A stretch of 63,992 nt of DNA, the filler included, from Octopus bimaculoides (lineage: Eukaryota): NCBI RefSeq assembly GCF_001194135.2. It is 8 parts of 7 records of this genome, joined end to end, with 100 filler letters (N's around TTAATTAATTAA, not from the genome) between each part and the next. Parts side by side here need not be neighbours in the genome. Positions count along the whole stretch, not along the records: positions 33,849 to 48,780 come from NC_068985.1; positions 48,881 to 55,677 come from NC_068982.1; 6 more parts are not named here. The stretch is one strand, 5' to 3'. The notes under the pieces were generated by a model. It did no database searches. It saw nothing but the letters and a program-made list of their open reading frames with translations, and had not been told where the DNA came from. Within the stretch, counting starts at the first letter, position 1. Each line of letters starts with the position of its first letter. This document shows positions 37,303 through 49,137 of this stretch, piece by piece. A program made the translations under genes and the position numbers.

Positions 37303-38218
37303 TACAATGCAGCTAAAATATATTCAAAAAATGCTTTATGTTTGCCTACCTGTAAATATGGATCTTTATACAAGTATGATAATTATACAAAATTAACTTG
37401 CATTTAAGTAAATACATTTTTTAAAAATATATTCGAAAGGCATAATAGTAACAATTTCTCTTGCTTGCATACAGGATAATATGGATATTTCTACAAATGT
37501 AAAGAGTATTTGAGTTATGAAATTTCTAGAAAGTATTATTGTAAAGACCCTCTGTATTTTGTGCAACTAAAACGAGAAATGGCTAAAATTTTAATTTGCA
37601 TTGCATTGTATAAAGAAATACAATTGTATACAGCACTGAGTTCAACTGGTGTATCTTTATAAATATTCCAAGAAATAATATACTTAGAAAAACTTCAGAG
37701 TGGTTCATATATTTTTAATAACATCTCAGTACTGTTTGTGACATAGCCATTGCCTCTGCATGGTGCTCAAATATAAGAGCTATCGTGAATCAAGCTGAAG
37801 TATTCTGATTAACTCACATATTGAAAACGCCCGAGTAATGCTGCATAATATTCAACAATTGTAACTTTCGTTGGAGTATAATTTAACAATTCACAACAGT
37901 TGGCGTGATCGGAATTACGTTAGCCGTTCACGCGAGCTTTTTGCTTCTTTCCAAAGGTGACACTGCTTTGTGGAGCACGAAATTTCGTAAGTTACAAAGC
38001 TGCAGCGGCAGACAGACAAAACAGCCAGCGTACAAAAATGCAAGTAAAAAGAAAGAAAACAAAAAGGCTGACATCATATCGTATTATGGGATACAAATTG
38101 ATCATTATAATATATTTTACGCCTTACAAATGTGCTACAAATACTCATTGTCAATAGCATTTATTTGAGTTTTCTAATAACACAGGCATCCTATAGCTAT
38201 CTTATATAATAGCTTGTA

Positions 38219-38272
<54 letters not shown>

Positions 38273-38744
38273 ATATAAAAGATCTTTTGGTCTTGGTTTG
38301 CAGTATCTGATTTTGTTCAAATTTCCTCCACTGATGCAGTTTTAAATGGTAATTACAAAAATCACATTCCTTTTCTACAAAGGTTAACAATAAAAGAAGT
38401 TACAAGCGCTAAAATGTTGAACATTTTGCTAGTTTTAACCAGTCGAAAGTTTCCATTATTGATATCTTGTAAGCTAAATTGTCCATGTGTTGACAATACA
38501 TACATTTACAAGGAAATGTTTGGCAGTGACTTCGAAGTTTTGGCTTGCTTAATGAAATGTATTGAGTACTCCTTCAGTTTAATTTGAAATGAGTATAACT
38601 TGACATAGGAATATACACGGGTCCATGTTTTCAGCTCCACGTCGTTGTTTAACGAAACAACTCGCAGACTTTTGGAGAGCGACCGAAAAGGTATAGTATC
38701 GCAACTTACTGAGTAGCAGTTATTTTAAGACATTATTAAGAGCT

Positions 38745-39385
38745 GGCTCTGAGTTCAAATTCCGCCGAGGTAGACTTTGCCATTCATCCTTTCGCAGTCG
38801 ATAAATTAAGTACCAGTTGCGTACTGGGGTCGATGTAATCGACTGGCCCCCTCCCCAAAAATTTCGGGCCTTCTGCCTAGAGAAGAAAAGATTAAAGGCG
38901 GTGAGCTGGTAGAATCGTTAGCGCACTGGACGAAATGCTTAGTGGTATTTCGCCTGTCGCTACGTTCTGAATTCAAATTCCGCCGAGGTCGACTTTGCCT
39001 TTCATCCTTTCGGGGTCGATAAAATAAGTGCCAGTTCCGCACTGTGGTCGATGTAATCAACTATCCCCCATCCCCCAAAATTTACGATGCTTTGTGCCTA
39101 GAGTAGAAATATTTATTAGGTGGCGAGCTGGCAGAAACGTTAGCATGCCGAACGAAATGCTTAGCGGTATTTCGTCTGTGTTTACGTTCTGAGTTCAAAT
39201 TCGTCTGAAGTCGACTTTGCCTTTCATCCTTCCGAGGTCAATAAATTAAGTACCAGTTGCGTACTGTGGTCAATCTAATCGACTGGCTCCCTCCCCAAAA
39301 ATGTCGGCCCTTGTGCCTAGAGCAGAAAAGAATCGTCAGCACGCTGGACGAAAAACTTAGCGGTATTTCGCCCTCCGCTACGTTT
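38745..39385 (+). mobile_element. Head-to-tail cluster of four family B SINE copies
   Basis: Copies at about 38745-38892 (5'-truncated), 38896-39112, 39118-39332 and 39330-39385 (partial), all on the plus strand. Confidence 0.85.
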
Positions 39386-40041
39386 GCCGTCACTTCCATT
39401 CGAACCATTTTCCGTTTTTAAGAAAATACGAGTACAAGTAGACGCGAACTTATGGATTATATGTGCAATCATTTATATTGATTTTTAGATATAAACTTTA
39501 CAAACAGCATTGTATAAATTAGGGCACAATGTGTTACATCAATCCATACCAATGAAAACACACATTTAAGAGAGTAGACTGTTTCAGACGTTCTCTTCAA
39601 GCAGCTACGTTCGAAGTTCAGTCCAATATGTAGCAATATCTGCCATAAGCTTAAGCGAAACAATATCTTGTTTGTTCGTTGTTCTTTTTCGTTGTTGTCG
39701 TTGTTTTGGGTGGGTTTTCCTTGTTTGTTTGTTTTTGTTTGTTTTTTTAGAGTAAATTTGGTAGGCAGAAATTGTGCTGAAGCCCATTAAGATATCACAT
39801 TCAATGGCCCTTTGCCTTTTCTTCCTTCATCTACCTATCGTTCTCCCAGTTCTGCTAAATTGACTTCTATACATTCACAGTTACTGTTCTGTATGAACAC
39901 GTATATGTGTAGTTAAGTTACGTTTTAGAGAGAACGATTTACTAAATAGATGTATATATATATAATTAACTGCGACAGAAGCAATATTAATACCAAAAGG
40001 TAACTCTCATAAGGACTTGTGGAGCATAAAAGCACTCGTCG

Positions 40042-40074
<33 letters not shown>

Positions 40075-40959
40075 CTTTCTCTCTCTCTCACATTCTCTCT
40101 CTCTCTCTCTCTCTTTCTCATATATATATATATACACCTACATATATATGTATGTGTGTGTATACATGCACGCACATATATATATATACATGCATATATA
40201 TGTATATATTTGCATGTATATCTGTGTGTGTATAAGCATACATACATACATACATTCATACATTTATATATAAATTATTTAGAACAAGTGTGTGTATTAT
40301 AATGCGTTACATTACTGGAAATTGATACTCAATGACATTAATTAGTACAATTTAATAATTTAAATTGCTCGAGATAAGGAAATGGAAGACGGCAATATTA
40401 TTGAGAAAAGAAGAGTGATGTGAAAGGTGAGCGAGACAGGTGTGGTGGAGAAACTTTTAGTTTAAGATGACGCTCTGAGGAAGAAAGTTTTAAACAATAG
40501 AAGACAGGTCGGGAGTGAGGAAAATGGACAGTGGAAGGATAGAAAGCTTACAATTGCACATTATATGCGTTTGATTATATGTTCAGCAAATATAATACAG
40601 TTGAAATGGTACTATATGTATAAGATGAGGCGGCGATCTAGTAGACTCGTAAGCACATCAACCAACGTGCTTAGCAACAGTTATTCCGAATTTACGTTCT
40701 GAGTTCTGAGTTCAAATCCCAAATGTTTAGCGGCATTTTGTCCGTCTTTGGGTTCTTTCTCGGTCGCTCTCCAACCGTCTGCGAGGCATTTCAAAAATGA
40801 CGGGAGCTGAAAGTGTAGCCTATTGAATTCTTCTAGTCAAGACCCGATGATTTCTACCATCAAGGTACTGACATGCTTCTGGGACGTTGGCGAGAAGACA
40901 ACGATAGAGAAGTATATATCATTAATTACTTTCTTAAAATTTTCTAAGCATAGTAATTA

Positions 40960-41316
40960 AAACAAGAGCACTCAGAGAGCGCAGACCTCCGCCAAGGCAC
41001 CACCAACGATTAGCCGGAGATGATTTTTAAAATGAGAATATCTTAAATAAACTCGACCACTCTCACAAGCGAGAATACTAAAAATGAACCCAACCGCTTT
41101 CAAAAATTAAGTAAAAAACAGTAAAAATAATCCAGAATCCTTGTCCGGTACTGGATTGATCCCCAAATCTAATCAGTTTGTGCGAGTCACAAGGCAAAAA
41201 ACATCGAAAGTTTAATTCGTATCCATCCAGCGATTCTTGAAATATCTTGTCCACAGACAAACAAACAAACACGACTGAAAATAATACCTCCACCTTCGCT
41301 AAGGCGGAGGTAATAA
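40960..41316 (-). mobile_element. Helentron-type non-autonomous element (HINE/DINE-1-like)
   Basis: Minus strand starts ttattacctccgcc with a 5' hairpin and a (GTTT)n/GTCT microsatellite. It ends with subTIR ggcggaggt, hairpin gcgctc(tct)gagtgc and a T-run. Confidence 0.75.
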
Positions 41317-41375
41317 AGAGAAAAGAAAACAAAAGAATTTCTTCGACACGCCTACACACACATGCAACTATATAT

Positions 41376-41779
41376 CGCAGAAGTGGTTGTGTGGTAAGTA
41401 GCTTGCTTACCAACCACATGGATCTGGGTTCAGTCCTACTGCGTGGCACCTTGGGCAAGTGTCTTCTACTAGAGTCTCGGGCCGACCAAAGCCTTGTGAG
41501 TGGATTTGGTTCATGGAAACTGAAAAAATCCTGTCGTATATATATGTATGTGTGTGTGTGTTTGTGTGTCTGTGTTTGTCCTACCAACATCGCTTGACAA
41601 CCGATGCTGGTGTGTTTACGTCCCCCGTAACTTAGCGGTGCGGCAAAATAGACCGATACAATAAGTACTAGGCTTACAAAGAATAAGTCCTGGGATCGAT
41701 TTGCTCGACTAAAGGCGGTGCTCCAGCATGGCCGCAGTCAAATGATTGAAACAAGCAAAAGAGTAAAAGAGTAAAGAGT
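41376..41779 (+). mobile_element. SINE family A, full length
   Basis: Head cgcagaagtggttgtgtggtaag to (gagtaaa)n tail. Confidence 0.92.
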
Positions 41780-41807
41780 ATATATTTAGCAAGCTGGCTT
41801 TGCATAA

Positions 41808-41855
41808 TTTCCTTCTCTGAAAATTTCCTTCTCTGAAAATTTCCTTCTCTGAAAA
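41808..41855. repeat. 16-bp minisatellite x3
   Basis: tttccttctctgaaaa repeated three times exactly. Confidence 0.9.
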
Positions 41856-42658
41856 TATTCTTAAAAGACAGTGGACAACAGAATATTATGCTACTGATTA
41901 GGATCGAACTGGGAACCGCGTTCATGTGAAGTAAATATCTAAACCACAGGGAGAATCATGCTCTCTTAATGTCATGTTTGTCTTGTTATGGATCGATGCA
42001 ACACGTTGTGTCCTATTTTATACATTTCATCTTATATAAACAGTGTATATCCATCCACCTATCCTGTTTGTTTCAAATAATCTATAATATCTGTAAAGCT
42101 ACATTTCCAGTTTGAAATTAAATATAAGATTGGTTTATGAGGCTCTCTTAGCTAAACAAGAGTTCGATTATTTTTTAGTAATATGAAAGTATGTACCATT
42201 TTATGCATAGGTTTCTACAATGGATAAGACGTGGGCGATTAAAGTGGACATTATATTGGTTTCACGTTTTGGCACAAGGCTAGCAATTGCGAGGAGATGT
42301 TGGTTACATAAGATCCAGTGCTCAGTTGGTACTTATGTCATCGACAGTATTAAAGGCAAAGTCGACCCCGACGGAATTTGAACTCGGAACATAAAGACGG
42401 ACGGAATGCCGCTAAGTAGAAGAGTTAGCATTTTTCCCCGACATACAAACGTATTCTGCCCTAATTTTCAGACATGCGGTGATGAAGTACCAAGTACTTA
42501 TGTATCAACGTCTTAAGAAATGAATAAAGAAGTTCATTTTGGGTGTTTTGTAATGCAACTTTCAATATTATGGTTCAGAATATAATTTAATAAATCCCTT
42601 TATAAGTTTTTTTGTGCTCCTTTAGACCTTTCCAGCATACTTAGGATGGCCTTACCCT

Positions 42659-43084
42659 TTTACTCTTTTACTTGTTTCAGTCATTTGACTGTGGCCATGC
42701 TGGAGCACTGCCTTTATAGTCGAGCAAATCGACCCCAGGACTTATTCTTTGTAAGCCTAGTACTTATTCTATCGGTCTCTTTTGCCGAACCGCTAAGTTA
42801 CGGGGACGTAAACACACCAGCATCGGTTGTCAAGCGATGCTGGGGAAGACAAACAGACGCACAAACATATACACACACATACATATATAGATATTTATAT
42901 ATATGCATACATACATATATACGGCGGGCTTCTTTCAGTTTCCGTCTACCAAATCCACTCACAAGGCTTTGGTCGGCCCGAGGCGATAGTAGAAGACACT
43001 TGCCTAAGGTACCACGCGGTAGGACTGAACCCAGAACCATGTTGCTGGTAAGCAAGCTACTTACCACACAGCCACTCCTGCGCC
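42659..43084 (-). mobile_element. SINE family A, full length
   Basis: Reverse complement of the 41376 copy. Confidence 0.92.
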
Positions 43085-43349
43085 TTGGGAAAATAAAATA
43101 GAAATGTCATACTTTCTCGAAAGCGTTAGCTACGAAGTGAATTGGTTTCAGTCAAAGATCTAAATAATTTGGGGTTCAGCAGAATATTATCTCCTCAGCC
43201 CTGATCAGGTGATCATATGATGAAAGCCATCTCCACATAACCATCTCGTCTTTTTTTTTTCAGGCATTATGTACTTCGGAGTACATTATCCAATGAGTTC
43301 CTTTCTGAGACGGCAGCATGTTACTTAATGGCCATGTGACTATTCCCAG

Positions 43350-43742
43350 CAGATTGGGTGTCTATGCAGAGGTGCCTAAACTGGGGTCTTCTTTATTCGT
43401 GTATGACCTAGCTTACACAGCTCAACCAATATTCGCTCATTCTGTAGTCAGATGCGTATAATCACAGAATCGACGAGATATACGTCGCTGGTTACAGTGC
43501 GCTTCGCATTGTATTAGCTTTCTAATGACGTCATCCCGCTGTCTAGGTGGAGTGGCCAACATTCCCGCACGATCAGAAGACTCTTCCGTCACAGGGTGAC
43601 CCATTTACAGCTGAGTGGACTGAGACAACTTGAACTGAACTGTTTTGCTCAAGAACACAACGCTCCACCCGGTCTGGCTTTCGAACCTATGATCTAGCGA
43701 TCGTGTACGCAACGCCCTAACCATTGGACCACGCGCCTTCAC
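43350..43742 (-). mobile_element. tRNA-headed SINE, family C (Nin/Meta-like body)
   Basis: Minus strand ggcgcgtggtccaatggttagggcg...ggttcgaaagcc (A and B boxes), then ttgtgttcttgagcaa...gtccactcagctgtaaatggg. A related partial copy lies at 48900-49090. Confidence 0.75.
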
Positions 43743-43938
43743 ATATGCCTATTATTTCATAATAAAATCCCTTTACATGGGTCTTTATAATGATATAATG
43801 TACTAATTAATCAATTAAAGGAGTCGTTAGAAACGGCCGTAATGAATTGATACCTGTCCTTCACTTGTTACTTATTTATATTTTATTCACCTATCTCAGA
43901 AAATATCCTTCGCAAATTCTGAATTATATTATGGACTG

Positions 43939-44230
43939 CATGGAGGCACATGGCCTAGTGGTTAGGGCAGCGGACTCTGCGGTCGTAGGTTCGAATCTCA
44001 GACGGGATGATGTGTGTGTGTTTATGAGCGAAATTCCTAAGCTCCACGCGGCTCCGGCAGAAGGTAACGGCGAACTTCTGCTGACTCTTTTGCCACAACT
44101 TTCTCTCGTCCTTTCCTTCTCTAGCAGCTGACCTGCGACGGACCGGCGTTCCGTCCATGTGGGGAACCTATACGCCAGTGAAGCCGGGAAACCGAGCCTT
44201 ATTAGACAGGTATGGCTCGAGAAGGAACAG
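43939..44230 (+). mobile_element. tRNA-headed SINE
   Basis: tggcctagtggttagggcagcggac...ggttcgaatctc (A and B boxes) followed by a non-tRNA body. Confidence 0.7.
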
Positions 44231-44455
44231 CAAACAACATACCTGAATAGTTCATGAGTGGATTACATATTCACCTGGGTCAAATTGTCTGCAAGCACTG
44301 CAGGAATATCATTTTGGTAATACTTCTGTTCCAAACTTGATAATTACATAATGTTGTTGTTGTTGTGTATGTAAATTATTCCAACCTAACGAGGTGCCTC
44401 GACTTAAGTACCTAATACAACCGAATCTTCCTCGGTCACGAGTGGACGGCCATCA

Positions 44456-44457
<2 letters not shown>

Positions 44458-44554
<97 letters not shown>

Positions 44555-44573
44555 TGTGTGTGTGTGTGTGTGC
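44458..44573. repeat. (GT)n microsatellite attached to an RTE/BovB-like 3' tip
   Basis: The preceding tcacgagtggacggccatcat matches the 3' end of the LINE at 9170. Confidence 0.85.
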
Positions 44574-44768
44574 GTATCTAAAATATAGAAGTTTATATTT
44601 ATGTATAATAGCGTAATTATAAGTACTTGCCTGCTTTGCTAAAGATAAGAGTCAAAAAACTCCCAAGCCATAGAAGAATCACTAGATAGATACATGCATG
44701 ATTGGAAAAAATTAAGTGAATAAGAATTGTGTCTTACCTCCGCAAAGGTTGCAGGAGGAATGTCAGTT

Positions 44769-44828
44769 AATCTGATATTATGATTTCGAATTTAGCGCCT
44801 AAGGCATTCGATTCTCTTCAGCCAGATT
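44769..44828 (-). ncRNA. Type I hammerhead ribozyme, complete canonical core, AUA triplet
   Basis: Minus strand aatctgg-CTGAAGA-GAAT(cgaatgccttaggcgcta)ATTC-GAAA-t(cata)a-TA-tcagatt. Helix I is 7 bp and the G10.1-C11.1 pair is present. Confidence 0.75.
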
Positions 44829-45532
44829 TACCAAGTAGCCTATTCTATAGATATGTATATTTCTATATTTTATATATATTTATTAATTTTGCCTATACGG
44901 CTTTTATGCTTGCGGTCACTAACGTTGTTAGTTTTATGAATAATAATGTTCTTTTATGTATATCTGTGTGTGTGTGCGGAGGGGGTTTGTGTGTGTATAT
45001 ATATATATGTGTGTGTGTGTATATATATACACTTACATCAGCAGACATACATACATGCGCGCGAGTGCACGTCAGGCTGGTTAAAAGCGTTATTTATGAC
45101 ATGATAAGCAAGAATTAAATCTCGCTCTGTAGCCTCAGGCACACGGAATGCGTAATTTAAGGAAGAACAGTTATCGTTCTCTGGTCCCTGCATGGACGCG
45201 TCCCCTGTTGAGTGTTGTTATGGTTACAGTAATTGATCAGCAACAGAAGAACATCATTACATTAAACATCTTTTTCTTTCTGCTTTTCTACTTCTCTTTT
45301 TTTATTTGATTTGGTTATTTATTTTTGTGTTGCTCGTAGGTCATCGCCAAATTTTATTGTCGAATTATAATCATATACACAAACTAATTGAAACATACAT
45401 ACATACATGTATATACTCACGTATATACACAAAATATATGCACATAGTTGTTTCGTATTTACTTCGGATTGTTTGAAGCTAACTTTCTCCCAACACCTTA
45501 ATCATTGGATCTTATATTTATTTATTTATATA

Positions 45533-45595
<63 letters not shown>

Positions 45596-45970
45596 CGGTT
45601 ATAGTAGCCGACTAAGGGATAAAATGTCTGTATCCATTACTTGCATTATCCTTGGGCATTGGTGTGCAGGCACACCATACACATAGAGTGCAGATAACAA
45701 CAGGATAAAGAAGTTTATTAGGAACCAATGCAAATAATTAGAAAATGAAGAAAACCACAGATTAACTAACACATCCATTGGTTCCCATTTCTAGCTTATT
45801 TTTTAATACAAAGCATGACGTAACAAAGTAGGGGACGTAAAATATCTTACGGCCGTTACTGATCGGATTGCCAAAATGCAGTCTATAGTATATTGCATGC
45901 TCTTGTTTTTCTCTCTGATGAAGATCCGTTGCCTTAATTCGAATGTTCTGCGAAGATGAATAATTTTATT

Positions 45971-46073
45971 CTCGCATTTATTTATAGACTCGCATTTATT
46001 TATAGACTCGCATTTATTTATAGACTCGCATTTATTTATAGACTCGCATTTATTTATAGACTCGCATTTATTT
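45971..46073. repeat. 18-bp minisatellite, about 5.7 perfect copies
   Basis: ctcgcatttatttataga repeated; it produces the spurious NKCESI ORF. Confidence 0.95.
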
Positions 46074-46204
46074 GTATTAAAAAAAAATGAGCTAAAAATG
46101 TGGTCCAATTGATGTGTTGGTTAATCTGTAGTTTCATCCATTTTCTAATTATATATATATATACATATATACGCACACACACACACACACACATAGTGTA
46201 TATA

Positions 46205-46570
46205 GGCAAGCGTGGCTGGGTGGTAAGAAGTTTACTTTCCAGGTATTTAGTTCCAGATTTCGTCCCACTGCGTAGCACCATGGCTTGGGGCCGACCATAG
46301 ACTTGTTGCTGGATTTGGTAGACGGAAACTGAAGAAATCCCGTCACACTTATACATGTGTAATTGCGTGCGTGGGGGGGTGAGTGTGTGGGGGTGTTTGT
46401 CCCCCACCCCGCTTGAGAACCGGTAAAAGAGCGGTTCAGCAAAAGATATCGATAAAATAAGTACCATACTTAATGAATAAACAAATAAATAAATACTGAG
46501 AGCGATTAAAAATGCTTTAAGGATTTGTCCCAGCATGGCGGTAATCTAATGACTGAAACAAGTAAAATAT
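46205..46570 (+). mobile_element. SINE family A, diverged
   Basis: ggcaagcgtggctgggtggtaag...actgaaacaagtaaaat. Confidence 0.85.
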
Positions 46571-47007
46571 AATATAGATCCATACATACATACATACATA
46601 CATACATACATACATACATACATACATACATACATACATAGAGAAAGAAGGAGCGAGAGGTAATTAGACGGATTGTTCGTTTTGTGAAGAGGGTGTTGTG
46701 TGTGTCTGACTGTTTGCAATTGTTACAGATGACGCCCTAGCAATGACAACTTTAATCATTAAGACACTATTCACGGAATAATCATTTTGGAAACACTACT
46801 CTGGTTGCGAAGCAAAGACATTACTTTACAATAGCCAAAGACTTCACTGCTGAATGTTTGAGACTTAAGAATAAAAAATGTATTTTGTAAAAAACGATTA
46901 TTTAGCGTTGAAAGGTATTTCTTTTGTTAAATTTAATACTAAATGTCGTATACCATACATACATACATACATACATAAATACATACACACATGCATGCAT
47001 ACATACA

Positions 47008-47040
<33 letters not shown>

Positions 47041-47089
47041 CATTCTCTCACTATTTATTTTCTCTTATTACTTTCTTATTTCTTTATTG

Positions 47090-47308
47090 CCCACAAGGGG
47101 CCAACCATAGTGGGGACAAACAAGGACAGACAAAGGGATTAAGTCGATTACATCGACCCAAGTGCGTAACTGGTATTTATTTAATCGGCCCCAAAAGGAT
47201 GAAAGGCAAAGTCGACCTCGGCGGAATTTGAACTCAGAACGTAACGGCAGACGAAATACCGTTAAGCATTTCGCCCGGCGTGCTAACCACTCTGCCAGCT
47301 TACCGCCT
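47090..47308 (-). mobile_element. SINE family B
   Basis: Reverse complement of the family B consensus seen in this window. Confidence 0.88.
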
Positions 47309-47318
47309 TCTCTTATTA

Positions 47319-47354
47319 CTTTCTGTTGAAGAGCGTGGGTTCGAAACGTAAAAG
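47319..47354 (+). ncRNA. Minimal type I hammerhead motif, variant core CUGUUGA (second copy)
   Basis: cttt-CTGTTGA-a-GAGC(gtgg)GTTC-GAAA-C-GTA-aaag. Confidence 0.6.
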
Positions 47355-47457
47355 ACTTTTTCATTTTCCTGGGCGTCAAACTGATACACTTGCTTGTTGT
47401 TCATACACTTGTGCTCGTCTTTTGTTATTCTATAAATTTCAACTACATACATACATA

Positions 47458-47715
47458 ATGTTAACGCAAAGCTGAGAATCAGTGAAAAAGAGAACCCCTA
47501 TGCTGAACTAATGGGAAATCTACAGTTACTCTATCCAGATTACAAGTTCAGGTTAATACCTGTAATTATTTGGGCCCTGGGATGTGTAACATACTACCTG
47601 AATTTGAGAAATTAGGCTTCTCAAAACCAGAAAGGGGAAAGCTAATTCGAAGACTGCAGATCCAATCCATCACCAGAACTGTAAAAATCTGTAAAACTTT
47701 CTAGGAGATTATTAT
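47458..47715 (+). mobile_element. R4/Dong-like non-LTR RLE C-terminal fragment
   Basis: KLRISEKENPYAELMGNLQLLYPDYKFRLIPVII.ALG...LEKLGFSKPERGKLIRRLQIQSI..TVKICK resembles the K..KY..L...PV.IGALG pattern. Confidence 0.6.
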
Positions 47716-47865
47716 TTCAATATATATGAGTATGTCTAGATATGTAACTGTATGCATGAAAATACATATATAAAACAGAACATACAAACCTGCACACATA
47801 CATACATACATACATACATACATACATACATACATACATACATACGTCAAATTAGTTTCAAACTA

Positions 47866-48640
47866 AGGTGGCTAGCTGGCAGAAACGTTAGGACGCCGAG
47901 CGAGATACTTCACAGTATTTCGTCTGTCTTCACGTTCTGAGTTCTAATCACGCCAAGGTCGACTTTGCCTTTCATCCTTTCGGGGTCGATAAATTGAAGT
48001 ACTAGTTGCGTACTTGGGATCGATCTAATCGATTGACCCCCTCTCCAAAAATGTCGTGCCTTGTGCCTAGAGTAGAAAAAAAAATATTGGTTTCCAACTT
48101 TGTCACAAGGGCAGCAATTTTGGGGGAAATGGTAAAATCGATTACATGAAGCTCAAAGGATGAAAGGCAAACTCAGTTTCGGAGGAATTTGAACTTAGAA
48201 CGTGAAGCCGGACGAAATGCCACTCAGCAATTTAACCGGTGTGCTAACGAATCTGCCAGCCCACTGCCTTACATGCATACGTAATGTCATTATACGAAGG
48301 ATGTAAAAAAGCGAGCTGGTAGAATCGTTAGCACATCGGTCAAAATGCTTAACAACATTTTGTCCGGCTTCTGTTCTTAGTTCAAATTCCACCGGGATCG
48401 ACTTTGACTTTCACCCTTTGGGGGGTCGATGAAATAAGTACCAGTCTAGCACTTATAACATAAAGACGGGTGAAATGCCTGCTCACCCCCTTCATCATCA
48501 TCATCATCATCATCATAAAAATAATATTCCTTTCTATTATAGGCACAAGGCCTGATATCTTGGGGAGCGGAGACTAGTCGATTACATCGACTCCAGTGTG
48601 TCACTGGTATTTATTTTATCGAGCTGGAAAAGATGAAAGA
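47866..48640. mobile_element. Cluster of family B SINE copies in alternating orientation
   Basis: Plus 47866-48080, minus 48090-48270, plus 48310-48460, minus 48530-48640. Confidence 0.8.
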
Positions 48641-48641
48641 C

Positions 48642-48713
<72 letters not shown>

Positions 48714-49105
48714 GCCACAAAACACGAGCAAAACAAAAAGCTGTTTTCAGTATTTAAGGAAGCTGACAAATACAAACAAGNNNNNNNNNNNNNNNNNNNN
48801 NNNNNNNNNNNNNNNNNNNNNNNNTTAATTAATTAANNNNNNNNNNNNNNNNNNNNNNNNNNNNNNNNNNNNNNNNNNNNTATATATATATATATACCTA
48901 GGCGCATATATATCCCGAAATCTGTGGCGTAAAAACGCTTCAGTGCCTCTGGGTGAGACGCGTGTCTTTCACAGTGTACTTATTTTGACTAACGGAGTGG
49001 ACTGGAGCAACGTGTAACGATGCGTTTTCCTCAAGAACATAAAGTGCCGCCGGCTCCGAGAATCGAACTCACAATCTCAAGATCATGGGTGCAATAATAT
49101 AAAGC

Positions 49106-49137
<32 letters not shown>

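Noticed and set aside
43680-43742. tRNA genes at SINE heads (also 43939, 41376, 8573)
   Set aside because: A and B boxes are present, but there is no complete cloverleaf or acceptor stem, and each continues into a SINE body.
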